Positions 42,652-52,026 of a stretch of DNA of 64,000 bases are shown piece by piece. A program made the position numbers and the translations under genes. The first letter of the stretch is position 1; every line of letters begins with the position of its first letter. The DNA comes from Candidatus Dormiibacterota bacterium (lineage in GTDB: Bacteria; Chloroflexota; Dormibacteria; Aeolococcales; Aeolococcaceae), in NCBI GenBank assembly GCA_963709585.1, contig CAVPXI010000004.1, forward strand, positions 256,001 through 320,000. Direction: 5' to 3'. The notes under the pieces were generated by a model. It had not been told where the DNA came from and ran no database searches. It saw only the letters and a program-made list of their open reading frames with translations.

Positions 42652-45600
42652 GTGCAACAGCCATCCTCGACCGGCAGCGAGATCGAGTCGGGAGGCTTTG
42701 TCCACCTGCACACGCACAGCGAGTTCTCGCTGCTCGACGGCGCCTCACGTGTCAGGGAGCTCGTCGACAGTGCGAAGGCAATGGGGCAGACGGCCATCGC
42801 CGTCACCGACCACGGCGTGCTCTACGGAGCTGTCGATTTCTACGCCAGCGCGCGTGCGGCAAAGATCAACCCCGTCCTCGGTTGCGAGATGTACATGGCG
42901 CCGCGCTCGCGCCACGATCGTGAAGGAAGGACGGATCGCGACCCCAACCACCTGATCCTGCTCGCACGCAATGACACCGGCTATCGCAACCTCATCAAGT
43001 TGGTCAGCACCTCGCACCTCGAGGGGTACTACTACAAGCCCCGCATCGATCGCCAGTTGCTCGCGGAGCACGCCGAGGGCCTGATCTGCCTGTCCGCGTG
43101 CCTCGGTGGCGAGTTGCCCCAGGCGATCCTTCGCGGAGACATGGCCGCCGCCGAGACGGTGGCTCGCGAACATGCCGAGATCTTCGGTACGGACGGCTAC
43201 TTCCTCGAGCTCCAGGACCACGGCATCCCCGAGGAGGACACGGTTCGCGCCGGTCTGGTCGAGATCGCGCGTCGAACCGGCCTACCGCTCGTGGCCACCA
43301 ACGACTCGCATTACATCAAGCCCGAGGACGCCGAGGCCCACGACATCCTGCTCTGCCTGCAGACCGGCGCGCGCCGCGAGGAGGAGAAGCGATTCCGCTT
43401 CTCTGGACCCGACTACTACCTTGCGAGCACGCAGCAGATGCGCGATCGCTTCGCTGCGTACACGGAGGCCGTCGCCAACACGGTGGCGATCGCGAATCGC
43501 TGTCACGTCGAGATCCCACTGGGGCAGAACCTGCTGCCGACGTACTCGCCAATCCCCGAGGGCCTCGACGCCGACACCTACCTCCGCGAGCTCTGCGAAG
43601 CGGGAGTGCAGGAACGCTATGCGGACGCGGTGACCGCGGAGGTCCGCGAGCGCCTCCACATGGAGCTCGACGTGATCCGTGAGACCGGGTTCTCGGCGTA
43701 TTTCCTGATCGTCTGGGACCTGATCAGGGCGGCGAGGTGTGACGGGGTCCGGGTCGGCCCCGGCCGCGGCAGCGCCGCGGGGTCACTGGTCAGCTATGTG
43801 CTCCACATCACCGACATCGAGCCGCTCCGCTACGGGCTCATCTTCGAGCGGTTCCTCAACCGCGAGCGCGTGCAGATGCCCGACATCGACATCGACTTCG
43901 ACGACAGGGGACGGGATCGCGTGCTCACGTACGTGCAGGAGAAGTACGGTCGCGATCGTGTCGCGCAGATCATCACCTTCGGTACCATGGCGGCGCGGGC
44001 GGCGATACGTGACGTGGGTCGCGTGCTCAACGTGCCCCTCCCGGACGTCGACCGGCTCGCGAAGCTGGTGCCGCAGGTGGTGAACATCACGCTCGACCGA
44101 GCACTCTCGGAGAGCCGCGAGCTGAAAGACCTCTACGACCACGAGGACTGGGCGAAGCACATCATCGACAACGCGCAACGGCTGGAGGGGATCTGCCGCA
44201 ACGCATCGACGCACGCGGCAGCCGTGGTGATCGGATCCGAACCGCTCGCCAATATCGTGCCGCTGCAACGCTCGACTGCCGGTGACGGCACCGCCGTGAC
44301 CCAGTACGACATGAACGGCGTGTCCCAGATCGGACTCCTGAAGATCGACCTCCTCGGGCTGTCCAACCTCACCGTCATCGCCGAGGCCGCTGACATGGTG
44401 CGTGCGCACCGGGGGGTCGACCTCGACATCGACAAGCTCCCCCTCGACGACGCCAAGACCTACGAGCTCCTCGGCAAGGCCGACACCCACGGCATCTTCC
44501 AGCTCGAGGCGACATTCGCCAAACGGATCCTCATCGACATGCAACCCAAGTCCCTCGAGGACCTCGGGGCCGCGGTTGCACTCAACCGTCCAGGGCCGAT
44601 CGAGGGCGGAGCCACCGCAACGTGGATGCGGCGCAAGCGCGGCGAGGAGCCGGTCACGTACATGCTCCCCGAGCTCGAGCCGATCCTCAAGGACACGTAT
44701 GGGGCGATCCTCTACCAGGACCAGGTGATGAAGATCGCCTCAGCGGTCGCCGGGTTCACGCTCGGCGAGGCCGACATCCTGCGAGCCGCGATGGGCAAGA
44801 AGGACAAGGTGAAGATGTCCAAGCAGCGCGAACAGTTCCTGAGTGGTGCCGCGGCGCGAGGAGTTGCGCCGGAGACTGCGCTGCAACTGTTCGAGCTCAT
44901 TGCGCTCTTCGCGGGGTACGGGTTCAACGGCGCGCACAGCATCTCCTACGGGCTGATCGCGTACCAGACGGCGTACCTGAAGGCGAACTTCCCCCGAGAG
45001 TACATGTGCGCGCTGCTCAACAGCAGGGCGGACAACTTCGACAAGCTGAAGCAGTCGATCCTCGATTCGCACGCGCGTGGGCTCGTCGTCCGCCCCCCGG
45101 ATGTCAACCGGAGCGCATCGGACTTCAGCCTCGGCGATGAGGCGCAGGGCGAGATCCTCTACGGGTTGCGGCACATCAAGACCGTCGGCGAGCGCGTCGC
45201 CGCCGAGATCGTTGCCGAGCGCGAGGGCGAGGGACCGTTCACCTCGCTCTTCGACCTCTGCCTCCGAGTTGCGAGCCGCGACCTCAACCGTCGCGTCGTC
45301 GAGGCCCTGATTCGCAGCGGAGCCTGCGATTCGCTCGGGGAACGCGGGGCCATGCTCGCCGTGCTCGACCGTGCTCTCGACCGCGCCGCGACGATCCGAC
45401 GCGAACGCGAGTTGGGCCAGACCTCGCTGTTCGGCGATATCGTCGTCCTGGTCGAGCCGGTTTCGCAGCCGGCGGACGAGCTCGACGGCCGCGATGTCAA
45501 CGGGCCGTTCGCGATCGCGGCCGACGAACGGCTGAGCTGGGAACGCGAGTTCCTCGGCATGTACCTGAGCGATCACCCGCTTCGCAGGATTGCGGGCGAG

Positions 45601-46266
45601 CTACAGCAGCGTGTCGACACCACCATCAACGAGCTCGGCGCGCATCTCGACGGTCTCATCGTGCAGGTGGGCGGTGCCATCCGGGACATGCGCACGTTCG
45701 TGCCGCGCAGGAGCACGACCGGCCAGCGGATGGCCGCGCTCCAGATCGAGGATCTGACCGGGAGCGTCGAGGTCGTGGTGTTCGCACGGGTTTTCGAGGA
45801 GTGCGTCGCCGCGCTGCGCCCCGATGCGGTGATCGTGGTCCGCGGCAAGGTCGAGGCGGGGCGGACGACCAGCGGTGCCACGACCACGCACGCGGGTGAG
45901 GATGAGGATCGCGTCGACCTCGAACCCCCGCAGATTCTCGCCGAGGCCGTGTACGCCTACGACGATCCCCGTCTTGCCACCTGGCGGCGGGACAGCACCG
46001 TGCACATCAGCGTCAATGCGTCGCAGATCGCCACACTCGGCGCGCTCCGGCACGCCTTCGAGGAGCACCGGGGCGACTGCCCGGTGGTGCTGCACGTCGA
46101 CTCGGGGACGAGCGTCGACGAGATCACGCTCGCCGTCGACTTCACTGTCGAACCATGTCCGGCGCTCGAGCGCGCCGTGGAGTACCTGGTCGGGGACAGC
46201 GCGTATCGCGTCGAGATGCGGCGCGTCCGTGCCCCCGAACGCGAGCGCACTGGCGCACGGCGCTGA
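42652..46266 (+). CDS. dnaE: DNA polymerase III alpha subunit
   Basis: FVHLHTHSEFSLLDG PHP domain, GRGSAAGS, MPDIDIDF, QTSLF clamp motif. Confidence 0.98.
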   Translation: MQQPSSTGSEIESGGFVHLHTHSEFSLLDGASRVRELVDSAKAMGQTAIAVTDHGVLYGAVDFYASARAAKINPVLGCEMYMAPRSRHDREGRTDRDPNHLILLARNDTGYRNLIKLVSTSHLEGYYYKPRIDRQLLAEHAEGLICLSACLGGELPQAILRGDMAAAETVAREHAEIFGTDGYFLELQDHGIPEEDTVRAGLVEIARRTGLPLVATNDSHYIKPEDAEAHDILLCLQTGARREEEKRFRFSGPDYYLASTQQMRDRFAAYTEAVANTVAIANRCHVEIPLGQNLLPTYSPIPEGLDADTYLRELCEAGVQERYADAVTAEVRERLHMELDVIRETGFSAYFLIVWDLIRAARCDGVRVGPGRGSAAGSLVSYVLHITDIEPLRYGLIFERFLNRERVQMPDIDIDFDDRGRDRVLTYVQEKYGRDRVAQIITFGTMAARAAIRDVGRVLNVPLPDVDRLAKLVPQVVNITLDRALSESRELKDLYDHEDWAKHIIDNAQRLEGICRNASTHAAAVVIGSEPLANIVPLQRSTAGDGTAVTQYDMNGVSQIGLLKIDLLGLSNLTVIAEAADMVRAHRGVDLDIDKLPLDDAKTYELLGKADTHGIFQLEATFAKRILIDMQPKSLEDLGAAVALNRPGPIEGGATATWMRRKRGEEPVTYMLPELEPILKDTYGAILYQDQVMKIASAVAGFTLGEADILRAAMGKKDKVKMSKQREQFLSGAAARGVAPETALQLFELIALFAGYGFNGAHSISYGLIAYQTAYLKANFPREYMCALLNSRADNFDKLKQSILDSHARGLVVRPPDVNRSASDFSLGDEAQGEILYGLRHIKTVGERVAAEIVAEREGEGPFTSLFDLCLRVASRDLNRRVVEALIRSGACDSLGERGAMLAVLDRALDRAATIRRERELGQTSLFGDIVVLVEPVSQPADELDGRDVNGPFAIAADERLSWEREFLGMYLSDHPLRRIAGELQQRVDTTINELGAHLDGLIVQVGGAIRDMRTFVPRRSTTGQRMAALQIEDLTGSVEVVVFARVFEECVAALRPDAVIVVRGKVEAGRTTSGATTTHAGEDEDRVDLEPPQILAEAVYAYDDPRLATWRRDSTVHISVNASQIATLGALRHAFEEHRGDCPVVLHVDSGTSVDEITLAVDFTVEPCPALERAVEYLVGDSAYRVEMRRVRAPERERTGARR

Positions 46267-46274
46267 GCTGCCGC

Positions 46275-46841
46275 TCAGATCGATGGGAGCAGCAAACCGA
46301 AGACGATCCTGATCACGATGATCAGCACGATGTACATGATCAGTGCCGCGATGGCCGGGTAGTCGATCCCGGCGGTCACGCGCCCGCGGTGCAGGCCCGC
46401 GAACGGGGCGACGAGCGGGTTGGTCATGGTGCGAACCATTTGCACCATCGGATGCCACGGGTCGGCGTGGAACACGGCGAGCAGGATGCGGATGAACACG
46501 ATGATGGCGATGGCGATCGCGATGTCGACCACCAGCGTCTCGATGAGCGCCACGATGGTTCCAGCGGTATCCACGCCACCGCCGGCAACGAGCGTCTGCA
46601 GGATCTGCGCGACGAAATTGATGACCACGATCGCCAGAATCGGCGAGAAGTCGATGCCGCTGAACGTGGGGAGGATGCGGCGGAAGGGCGCGAGGATCGG
46701 GTCGACGATGATGCGCAACCAGCGCACCACCGGATGCCACGGGCTGAGCCCGATCCACGACACGGCGATCCGCGCGATGATCAGGACGGTCAGCGCCACC
46801 TCGACGAAGCCGATGACGTTGAAGAGCAGCAGTTGTGTCAC
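46275..46841 (-). CDS. YggT-family protein with two YGGT domains
   Basis: Twice WHP.V...(D/N)P.(L/V)APF...GID(F/Y). Confidence 0.88.
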   Translation of the reverse strand: MTQLLLFNVIGFVEVALTVLIIARIAVSWIGLSPWHPVVRWLRIIVDPILAPFRRILPTFSGIDFSPILAIVVINFVAQILQTLVAGGGVDTAGTIVALIETLVVDIAIAIAIIVFIRILLAVFHADPWHPMVQMVRTMTNPLVAPFAGLHRGRVTAGIDYPAIAALIMYIVLIIVIRIVFGLLLPSI

Positions 46842-47746
46842 CGGGCGGCGGCGGGCTCCTTGGCGGCGGCGGGTTCGTCCGGTGAGCGCTTCTCGAACCG
46901 GGTGATGGTTCGCCGCCACAGCAGGTAGAGCAGCGGTACCGCGAACACGAGCATCGCAATCGACGTCCACTGTGCCTCGCGCAGCCCGAGCGGACCGGGC
47001 GGTTCACTCGCCCGAAACTCGAAGAGGATCAGCTGGCTCACCGCATAGAGGGCGACGTAGGTGATAGCGAGCACGCCGGGGCGCACGTTGCGGCGCATCA
47101 GCAGAAGCAGCACGATGCCGATACAGATGGTGCCGAGCGCCTCGTACACCGCCGCGGGCTGATACGCGATGCAGTGCGCCGGCGTGCAGATGCTGAAGCC
47201 GCTTTGCAGGATCGCGTGTTGATTCGAGTACGCGGTCGCCCACGGTAGCGTGCTCGCCGCACCAAGGATGTCGCCGTTGATCACGTTGCCGATGCGTCCG
47301 ATCGGCTGACCCACCACAGCGAAGAGCACACCGCCGTCAAGCGCGAGCCACGGGTTGTATCCGTACCGCCAGGCGCAGATGGCGAGGGTCACGAAGCCGA
47401 CGATGATGGCGCCGAAGAAGGCCATCCCACCCTGCCAGAAGGCAATGATGTTGATCGGGTGGAGCACGTAGTTGTTCCACAGGTCCGGCTGCTGCAGCAC
47501 GTAATAGAGACGGCCCCCCAGCAGCCCGAAGATGATCGTCCAGACGCAGATTTTCTCGGCGACCGGCTTTGGCAGGCCGCGCTTGATCGCGTAGGGGAGC
47601 ACCCCGAACTGATAGGCGGCCAGGAACGCGACCGCATACATCACGCCGTACCAGTGGATCGGCAGGGGACCCAGGTTCAGGACCGGGTCGATGTTGATCG
47701 TGATGAAGCCGACGGGGCCGGCGCTAGCGGGCACGGCTGTCATCAT
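46838..47746 (-). CDS. lgt: prolipoprotein diacylglyceryl transferase
   Basis: IHWYG, GGRLYYV, WQGGMAFFG, GRIGNVING. Confidence 0.95.
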   Translation of the reverse strand: MMTAVPASAGPVGFITINIDPVLNLGPLPIHWYGVMYAVAFLAAYQFGVLPYAIKRGLPKPVAEKICVWTIIFGLLGGRLYYVLQQPDLWNNYVLHPINIIAFWQGGMAFFGAIIVGFVTLAICAWRYGYNPWLALDGGVLFAVVGQPIGRIGNVINGDILGAASTLPWATAYSNQHAILQSGFSICTPAHCIAYQPAAVYEALGTICIGIVLLLLMRRNVRPGVLAITYVALYAVSQLILFEFRASEPPGPLGLREAQWTSIAMLVFAVPLLYLLWRRTITRFEKRSPDEPAAAKEPAAAR

Positions 47747-48356
47747 GCGGACTTCCCGCGGCCGGATGCACCTCGAGGACGCGATAGCCGCCCTTGGAGC
47801 GGACCCGCTCGACGCGATGACCGAGGCCCGCCAGCCACGCGGCCAGGGAGTCGGCACCGAGATGGCGATGCACCACGAGCAGTGCCACAGCCTCCGGCTC
47901 GAGCCGCCCAATCCAGGCGAGCAGCAGCTCGTGGAGCGCCGGCTTGCCGAGCCGGACCGGTGGGTTGGAGTAGACGGCCGCAAACCTGCCGCGGTCGGGA
48001 ACGGCGTCGGGCTCGGCGGGGACCACGTTCTGGGCACCGGCGCGCTCGGCATTGCGCACACACAGGTCGAGCGCGCGGCGGTTGACGTCCACCGCCCACA
48101 CCCGGGCGTCAGGATTGCGCAGCGCGAGAGTGATGGCGATCGCGCCGTAGCCGCAGCCGACGTCGACCAGCTCTCCCGCGGGTACCGGCGGCAGGCTCCT
48201 CAAGAGGAGGTCGGTTCCGAAGTCGAGGTGACCGTGGGCGAAGACGCCGCGGTCGGTGTCGAGCTCGAAGCTCAGATCCGGGAGGCTGACCCGGATCGTG
48301 CGCGGACGCGACGCGACCTTCGGCTCGGCGCTGAAATAGTGATCCTGGCTCACCAT
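47724..48356 (-). CDS. small SAM methyltransferase (RsmC/MTS family)
   Basis: HYFSAEP, GVFA..LD.GT.LL, DVGCGYG, SNPP. Confidence 0.9.
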   Translation of the reverse strand: MVSQDHYFSAEPKVASRPRTIRVSLPDLSFELDTDRGVFAHGHLDFGTDLLLRSLPPVPAGELVDVGCGYGAIAITLALRNPDARVWAVDVNRRALDLCVRNAERAGAQNVVPAEPDAVPDRGRFAAVYSNPPVRLGKPALHELLLAWIGRLEPEAVALLVVHRHLGADSLAAWLAGLGHRVERVRSKGGYRVLEVHPAAGSPHDDSRAR

Positions 48357-48378
48357 CTCAGGGTAGTAGGCTGCGGCG

Positions 48379-49551
48379 GTGAGCACCTATGACGTCGCCG
48401 TGGTCGGCCTGGGCGCGGCCGGTGCGGCGACGTTGTACCAACTCGCCCGGCGCGGGGTGAGCGTCATCGGTATCGATCGATTCTCGCCGCCGCACATCTA
48501 CGGCTCGACCCACGGGGACACGCGGATCACCCGCGAGGCAATCGGGGAAGGCGAGGCCTACACCCCGCTTGTGCAGCGTTCGCATGCCATCTGGCGGGAG
48601 CTCGAGGCCGACACCGGCCAGGATCTCCTCACCCAGTGCGGCGGTCTGATCATCGAGGCCGCCGGCGGCGGGGCCGCGGGTCACCATCGTCATGAGTTTC
48701 TCGCCAGCACGATCGCCTGCGCGAACCGGTACGGCATCAGGCACGAGCTGCTCAGCGCCGCGGATGTCACCGGCCGTTTCCCGCAGTTCACACTCGACGG
48801 CGACGAGTCCGCCTTCTACGAGCCGACCGCCGGCTTCGTCCGTCCGGAGCGATGCGTGAATGCGCAGCTGACTGTCGCTGCCCGCCTCGGTGCCGAGATT
48901 CACCGCGACGAGCGCGTGCTAGCAGTTGAATCGTCGGAAAGCGGCGTGCGGGTGCGCACCGACGGCGGCGTCCACGAAGCCGCGCGTGTGGTCCTGGCGG
49001 TGGGGCCGTGGGTGCGCGATTTCGTCGAGCCGGAGCAGCTCCGATTGTTCAATGTCTACCGGCAGGTGATGGCCTGGTTCGAACTGAAGCCGAACGCCGT
49101 GGATCACACGCCCGGCGCGATGCCGGTGTTCATCTGGGGCCTGAGCGACGGCAACGCGTTCTATGGATTGCCGGCGATTGATGGGTGCCGCGAGATCAAG
49201 GTCGCGACCGAGGAACTCGACCATCCCACCAGCGCGGACGAAGCCTCACTCGATGTCGATCCCGGCGAACCGCGTTCGCTGCATGACTCGCTGATCCGCA
49301 CACGTTTCCCGGGCGTCTCGTCCCGGTGCGTCCGGGCGGCGCGATGCCTCTACACCGTCACCCCGGACGCGAACTTCGTCATCGACGATCACCTGGACCT
49401 CCCCGGGGTTCTGCTCGTGTCGCCCTGTTCCGGGCACGGGTTCAAGCACTCGGCCGGCCTCGGCGAGGCGATCGCCCAGCAGGTCACGACGGGGACGAGC
49501 GACGCGGACCTCTCGCAGTTCAGGCTCGACCGGTTTGGAGCGGTCGTTTAG
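48379..49551 (+). CDS. solA: N-methyl-L-tryptophan oxidase / monomeric sarcosine oxidase
   Basis: GLGAAG, GSTHGDTRITR, CLYTVTPD, CSGHGFK. Confidence 0.92.
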   Translation: MSTYDVAVVGLGAAGAATLYQLARRGVSVIGIDRFSPPHIYGSTHGDTRITREAIGEGEAYTPLVQRSHAIWRELEADTGQDLLTQCGGLIIEAAGGGAAGHHRHEFLASTIACANRYGIRHELLSAADVTGRFPQFTLDGDESAFYEPTAGFVRPERCVNAQLTVAARLGAEIHRDERVLAVESSESGVRVRTDGGVHEAARVVLAVGPWVRDFVEPEQLRLFNVYRQVMAWFELKPNAVDHTPGAMPVFIWGLSDGNAFYGLPAIDGCREIKVATEELDHPTSADEASLDVDPGEPRSLHDSLIRTRFPGVSSRCVRAARCLYTVTPDANFVIDDHLDLPGVLLVSPCSGHGFKHSAGLGEAIAQQVTTGTSDADLSQFRLDRFGAVV

Positions 49552-49611
49552 CGTTTCCCGGTCCCAGGACTTCGCTGATCTCGTAGCCGAACAGGTCGTG
49601 GACATGACGGA

Positions 49612-49732
49612 CGGTCCCAAAGGCTGACCGGTTCTTAACCCCACCTTCATCAAGGTCCAAATACGATGGCCTTGACCCAACCCCCTTAGAGACCTTCGGC
49701 ATCTCGCCGAGGGTCTCTCGCTATGTGGGGTT
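49612..49732 (+). other. multi-hairpin intergenic region (terminator and/or sRNA candidate)
   Basis: Stems 49650-59/49667-75 and 49688-700/49706-18, enclosed by AACCCCAC/GTGGGGTT. Confidence 0.5.
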
Positions 49733-49774
49733 TTCTCGCGAGAAGAGCCAGGGCCCTCGGCCCACGTGCTCTAT

Positions 49775-49957
49775 TCAGACGTTTTCTTCGGTGTGGCTCT
49801 CATCCGGGGCCGCCGCCGGGTGGACGTCGAGTTGCCGGTTCGCGAAATCCGGATCGCTTGTGGCGTTGGCGAACTTGTGGCCCTTGGTGTCATCGTCCTC
49901 GGTCTCTCGGGTGCGAGCTTCCGGGGCTTCCTGCTCGTCGTTCGTGTCCGTGGTCAT
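49775..49957 (-). CDS. small acidic peptide with DDDTKGH motif
   Basis: 60 aa; strong AAGGAG RBS; isolated within an otherwise non-coding gap. Confidence 0.65.
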   Translation of the reverse strand: MTTDTNDEQEAPEARTRETEDDDTKGHKFANATSDPDFANRQLDVHPAAAPDESHTEENV

Positions 49958-50177
49958 TGGCGTTTTCTCCTTGGCGGTTGGGACCGCGCTCTCACTGTTG
50001 GCATGATTCTTTCACTTGCCACGCGTTGAGTTAGTCGGCCACACGACAACTCCCTGGTCGCCGATCTGACAGCAGAGGAGGGCGGCGCATCGCGCAGCCT
50101 TGAACCGACCACGCGGCGACAACGCTCATCTCGTTTTGACGCTCTTGATAAGCACCAACTGAGTCGGTGGAAGCTCC

Positions 50178-50756
50178 TCAGAGTTGGATGAGGTTGACGC
50201 CGGCGAGCGGGTGGTGGATCTGTTGCATCGCTCCGCCTGTCGCAAGGTCGCCGAGGTCGATGGTGGCGAAGCCCGCGTCCTGGAACAGTCCTGCGACCAC
50301 GGACTTGGCTTCGACGTCGTCGCCGGAGATGAAGAGCACGCGCTGGCCGCCGGACTCGTGGGGATCCGAGGCGAGCACTTCGGCGCTCAGGGTGTTGGCG
50401 GCTTTGACGACACGCGCGCCGGAGACGAGGCCGGCGACGATCTCGCTCGATGTCCTCCCGTTGAGGTCGTCGGCGCCCCAGTCGTTGGTCGCGTCGATGA
50501 CGACCTGACTGTTCCACTCAAGACCGTTGACAGCGGCGGGCACGCGGTCTCACACGACGGCGATCACGACGATCGCTGCTGCCGCAGCGTCGGCCGGCCT
50601 GCCCGTGGAGATTCCTTCGCCCAGGGCAGAGGCGAGTGAAGTAAGTGACTCAGGGCCGCGGCTGTTGGCGATCACTACCGAGCGACCGGCGCGAACGGCG
50701 ACGCGCGCCATAGCCTGGCCGAGCCGCCCGGCGCCGATGATGCCGATGTCGGTCAC
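50178..50756 (-). pseudogene. F420-dependent NADP oxidoreductase-family protein with in-frame TGA at 50550-50552
   Basis: IGIIGAGRLG, ANSRGPESL, IAVV*DRV, IDATN, RVVKAANT, ISGDD; both parts in the same frame. Confidence 0.85.
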
Positions 50757-51415
50757 CGTGGCTCCTCGTACTCGGAGGCGAAAAGGTAGCTGACCGCCAG
50801 GCTGCGGTACGGCCGCCAACGTTCCGACATCTCAATCAGCTCTGCTTCGGAGGGAACGTGGTCGAAACCATAGACCCGTTGGATCGCGCGACGCAACGCG
50901 ATATCGCCGGTGAGAAACACGTCTGGTCGGTTCAGCGCGACGAGCAAGAAGCCGTGCGCCGACCACGGTCCGATGCCTGAAACGTCGGTCAGGGCTGCCT
51001 CGACCTCTTCGTCCGTCATGCGCTCAAGCGCCGCATCGCTCAGCCGCCCATCCACGAATCGCTCCGCGAGCGCCCGTAGCGTCGCGCCCTTGCGAGCCGA
51101 GAGCCCGGCGGCCCGAAGCACCTCCGGAGCGGCAGCCAGCAATTCGGCCGGCGACGGCAAACGACCGCCAAACCGCTCCTCGATGCGAGACACGATCGTG
51201 CGTGTCGCAGCGACTGACAACTGCTGACCGACGACCTGGAAAATGAGTGTCCCGAACGCATCGAGCGGCGGGAGCTCGTCCAGCCACGCTCGCGGACGAA
51301 AGGCTGGATGGGCGTCGATGACGGCCGCGAGCACCGGATCGGCCTTGCGAAGGAACTCACGAGCCTTTCGGTCGGCGAGGGCGGCGCGTTGCCGCGGACG
51401 AGCACCCACGCTCAC
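50753..51415 (-). CDS. DNA-3-methyladenine glycosylase II (AlkA-like, HhH-GPD)
   Basis: GQQLS, GLSARK, GIGPWSA, RPDVF..GD, WRPYRS. Confidence 0.92.
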   Translation of the reverse strand: MSVGARPRQRAALADRKAREFLRKADPVLAAVIDAHPAFRPRAWLDELPPLDAFGTLIFQVVGQQLSVAATRTIVSRIEERFGGRLPSPAELLAAAPEVLRAAGLSARKGATLRALAERFVDGRLSDAALERMTDEEVEAALTDVSGIGPWSAHGFLLVALNRPDVFLTGDIALRRAIQRVYGFDHVPSEAELIEMSERWRPYRSLAVSYLFASEYEEPR

Positions 51416-52026
51416 GCCTTGAGCAGGCGCTCCGTGAGCACGATCTCGATGACATCGGCGACCGTATCCTCGCGAGCCCAGTCGCGCTGGAGCTCGACGG
51501 CGAGCGCCACCCAGGTAACCGGCTGCGCACCTGCCTGGACGACACGCTCGATGCCCGTGCGATGGGCCTCCTCGCTCGTGCCGCCGATCGCGTCGACGAC
51601 CGGGTAGACGTCATAGCCCTCTCTCATGGCATCAAGGGCGGGGAAGGCCATGCAGATCTCGGTCCAGAGCGCGCACAGGAGCAGCTTGCGCCGCCCGGTC
51701 GCGCGCACGGCGTCCAGGAACTCGGCGTCCTCCCACGCGTTGGTCGACGTCCTGTCGATCGCGGGGAAGTCGTCCAGCAGGTCAGCGAGCTCCGGAACCG
51801 TTGGCTGCCCGCGTCCTGACGCGACGTTGATCGTGGAGTGAACGATCGGCATGTGGAATGCCTTCGCGGTCTTCACGGTCGACACGATGTTCTCCAGCAA
51901 GAGGTCACGGTCCATCGACTGGACGGCGGCGAACTGAGACGCCTGGTAGTCGATCACGACGAGCGCAGCGTTTTGCGGCGTCAGCAGGTGATCGCCGATC
52001 GGATCCCGTATCGGCAGGCTGGCCAT
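51412..52026 (-). CDS. isochorismatase-family hydrolase (YcaC-like)
   Basis: VVIDYQ, DRTSTNAWED, LWTEIC, VVDAIGGTS, ELQRDWAR. Confidence 0.92.
   Translation of the reverse strand: MASLPIRDPIGDHLLTPQNAALVVIDYQASQFAAVQSMDRDLLLENIVSTVKTAKAFHMPIVHSTINVASGRGQPTVPELADLLDDFPAIDRTSTNAWEDAEFLDAVRATGRRKLLLCALWTEICMAFPALDAMREGYDVYPVVDAIGGTSEEAHRTGIERVVQAGAQPVTWVALAVELQRDWAREDTVADVIEIVLTERLLKA

Noticed and set aside
49688-49725. Glycine riboswitch (GAGAGA...GCCGAAGG on the minus strand) next to solA
   Set aside because: Lacks the P3 extension and CUCUCAGG, and lies downstream of genes rather than in a leader
50550-50552. Selenocysteine or recoded TGA
   Set aside because: The position corresponds to Trp rather than Cys in this family, and TGA is the common stop here; nonsense mutation or miscall
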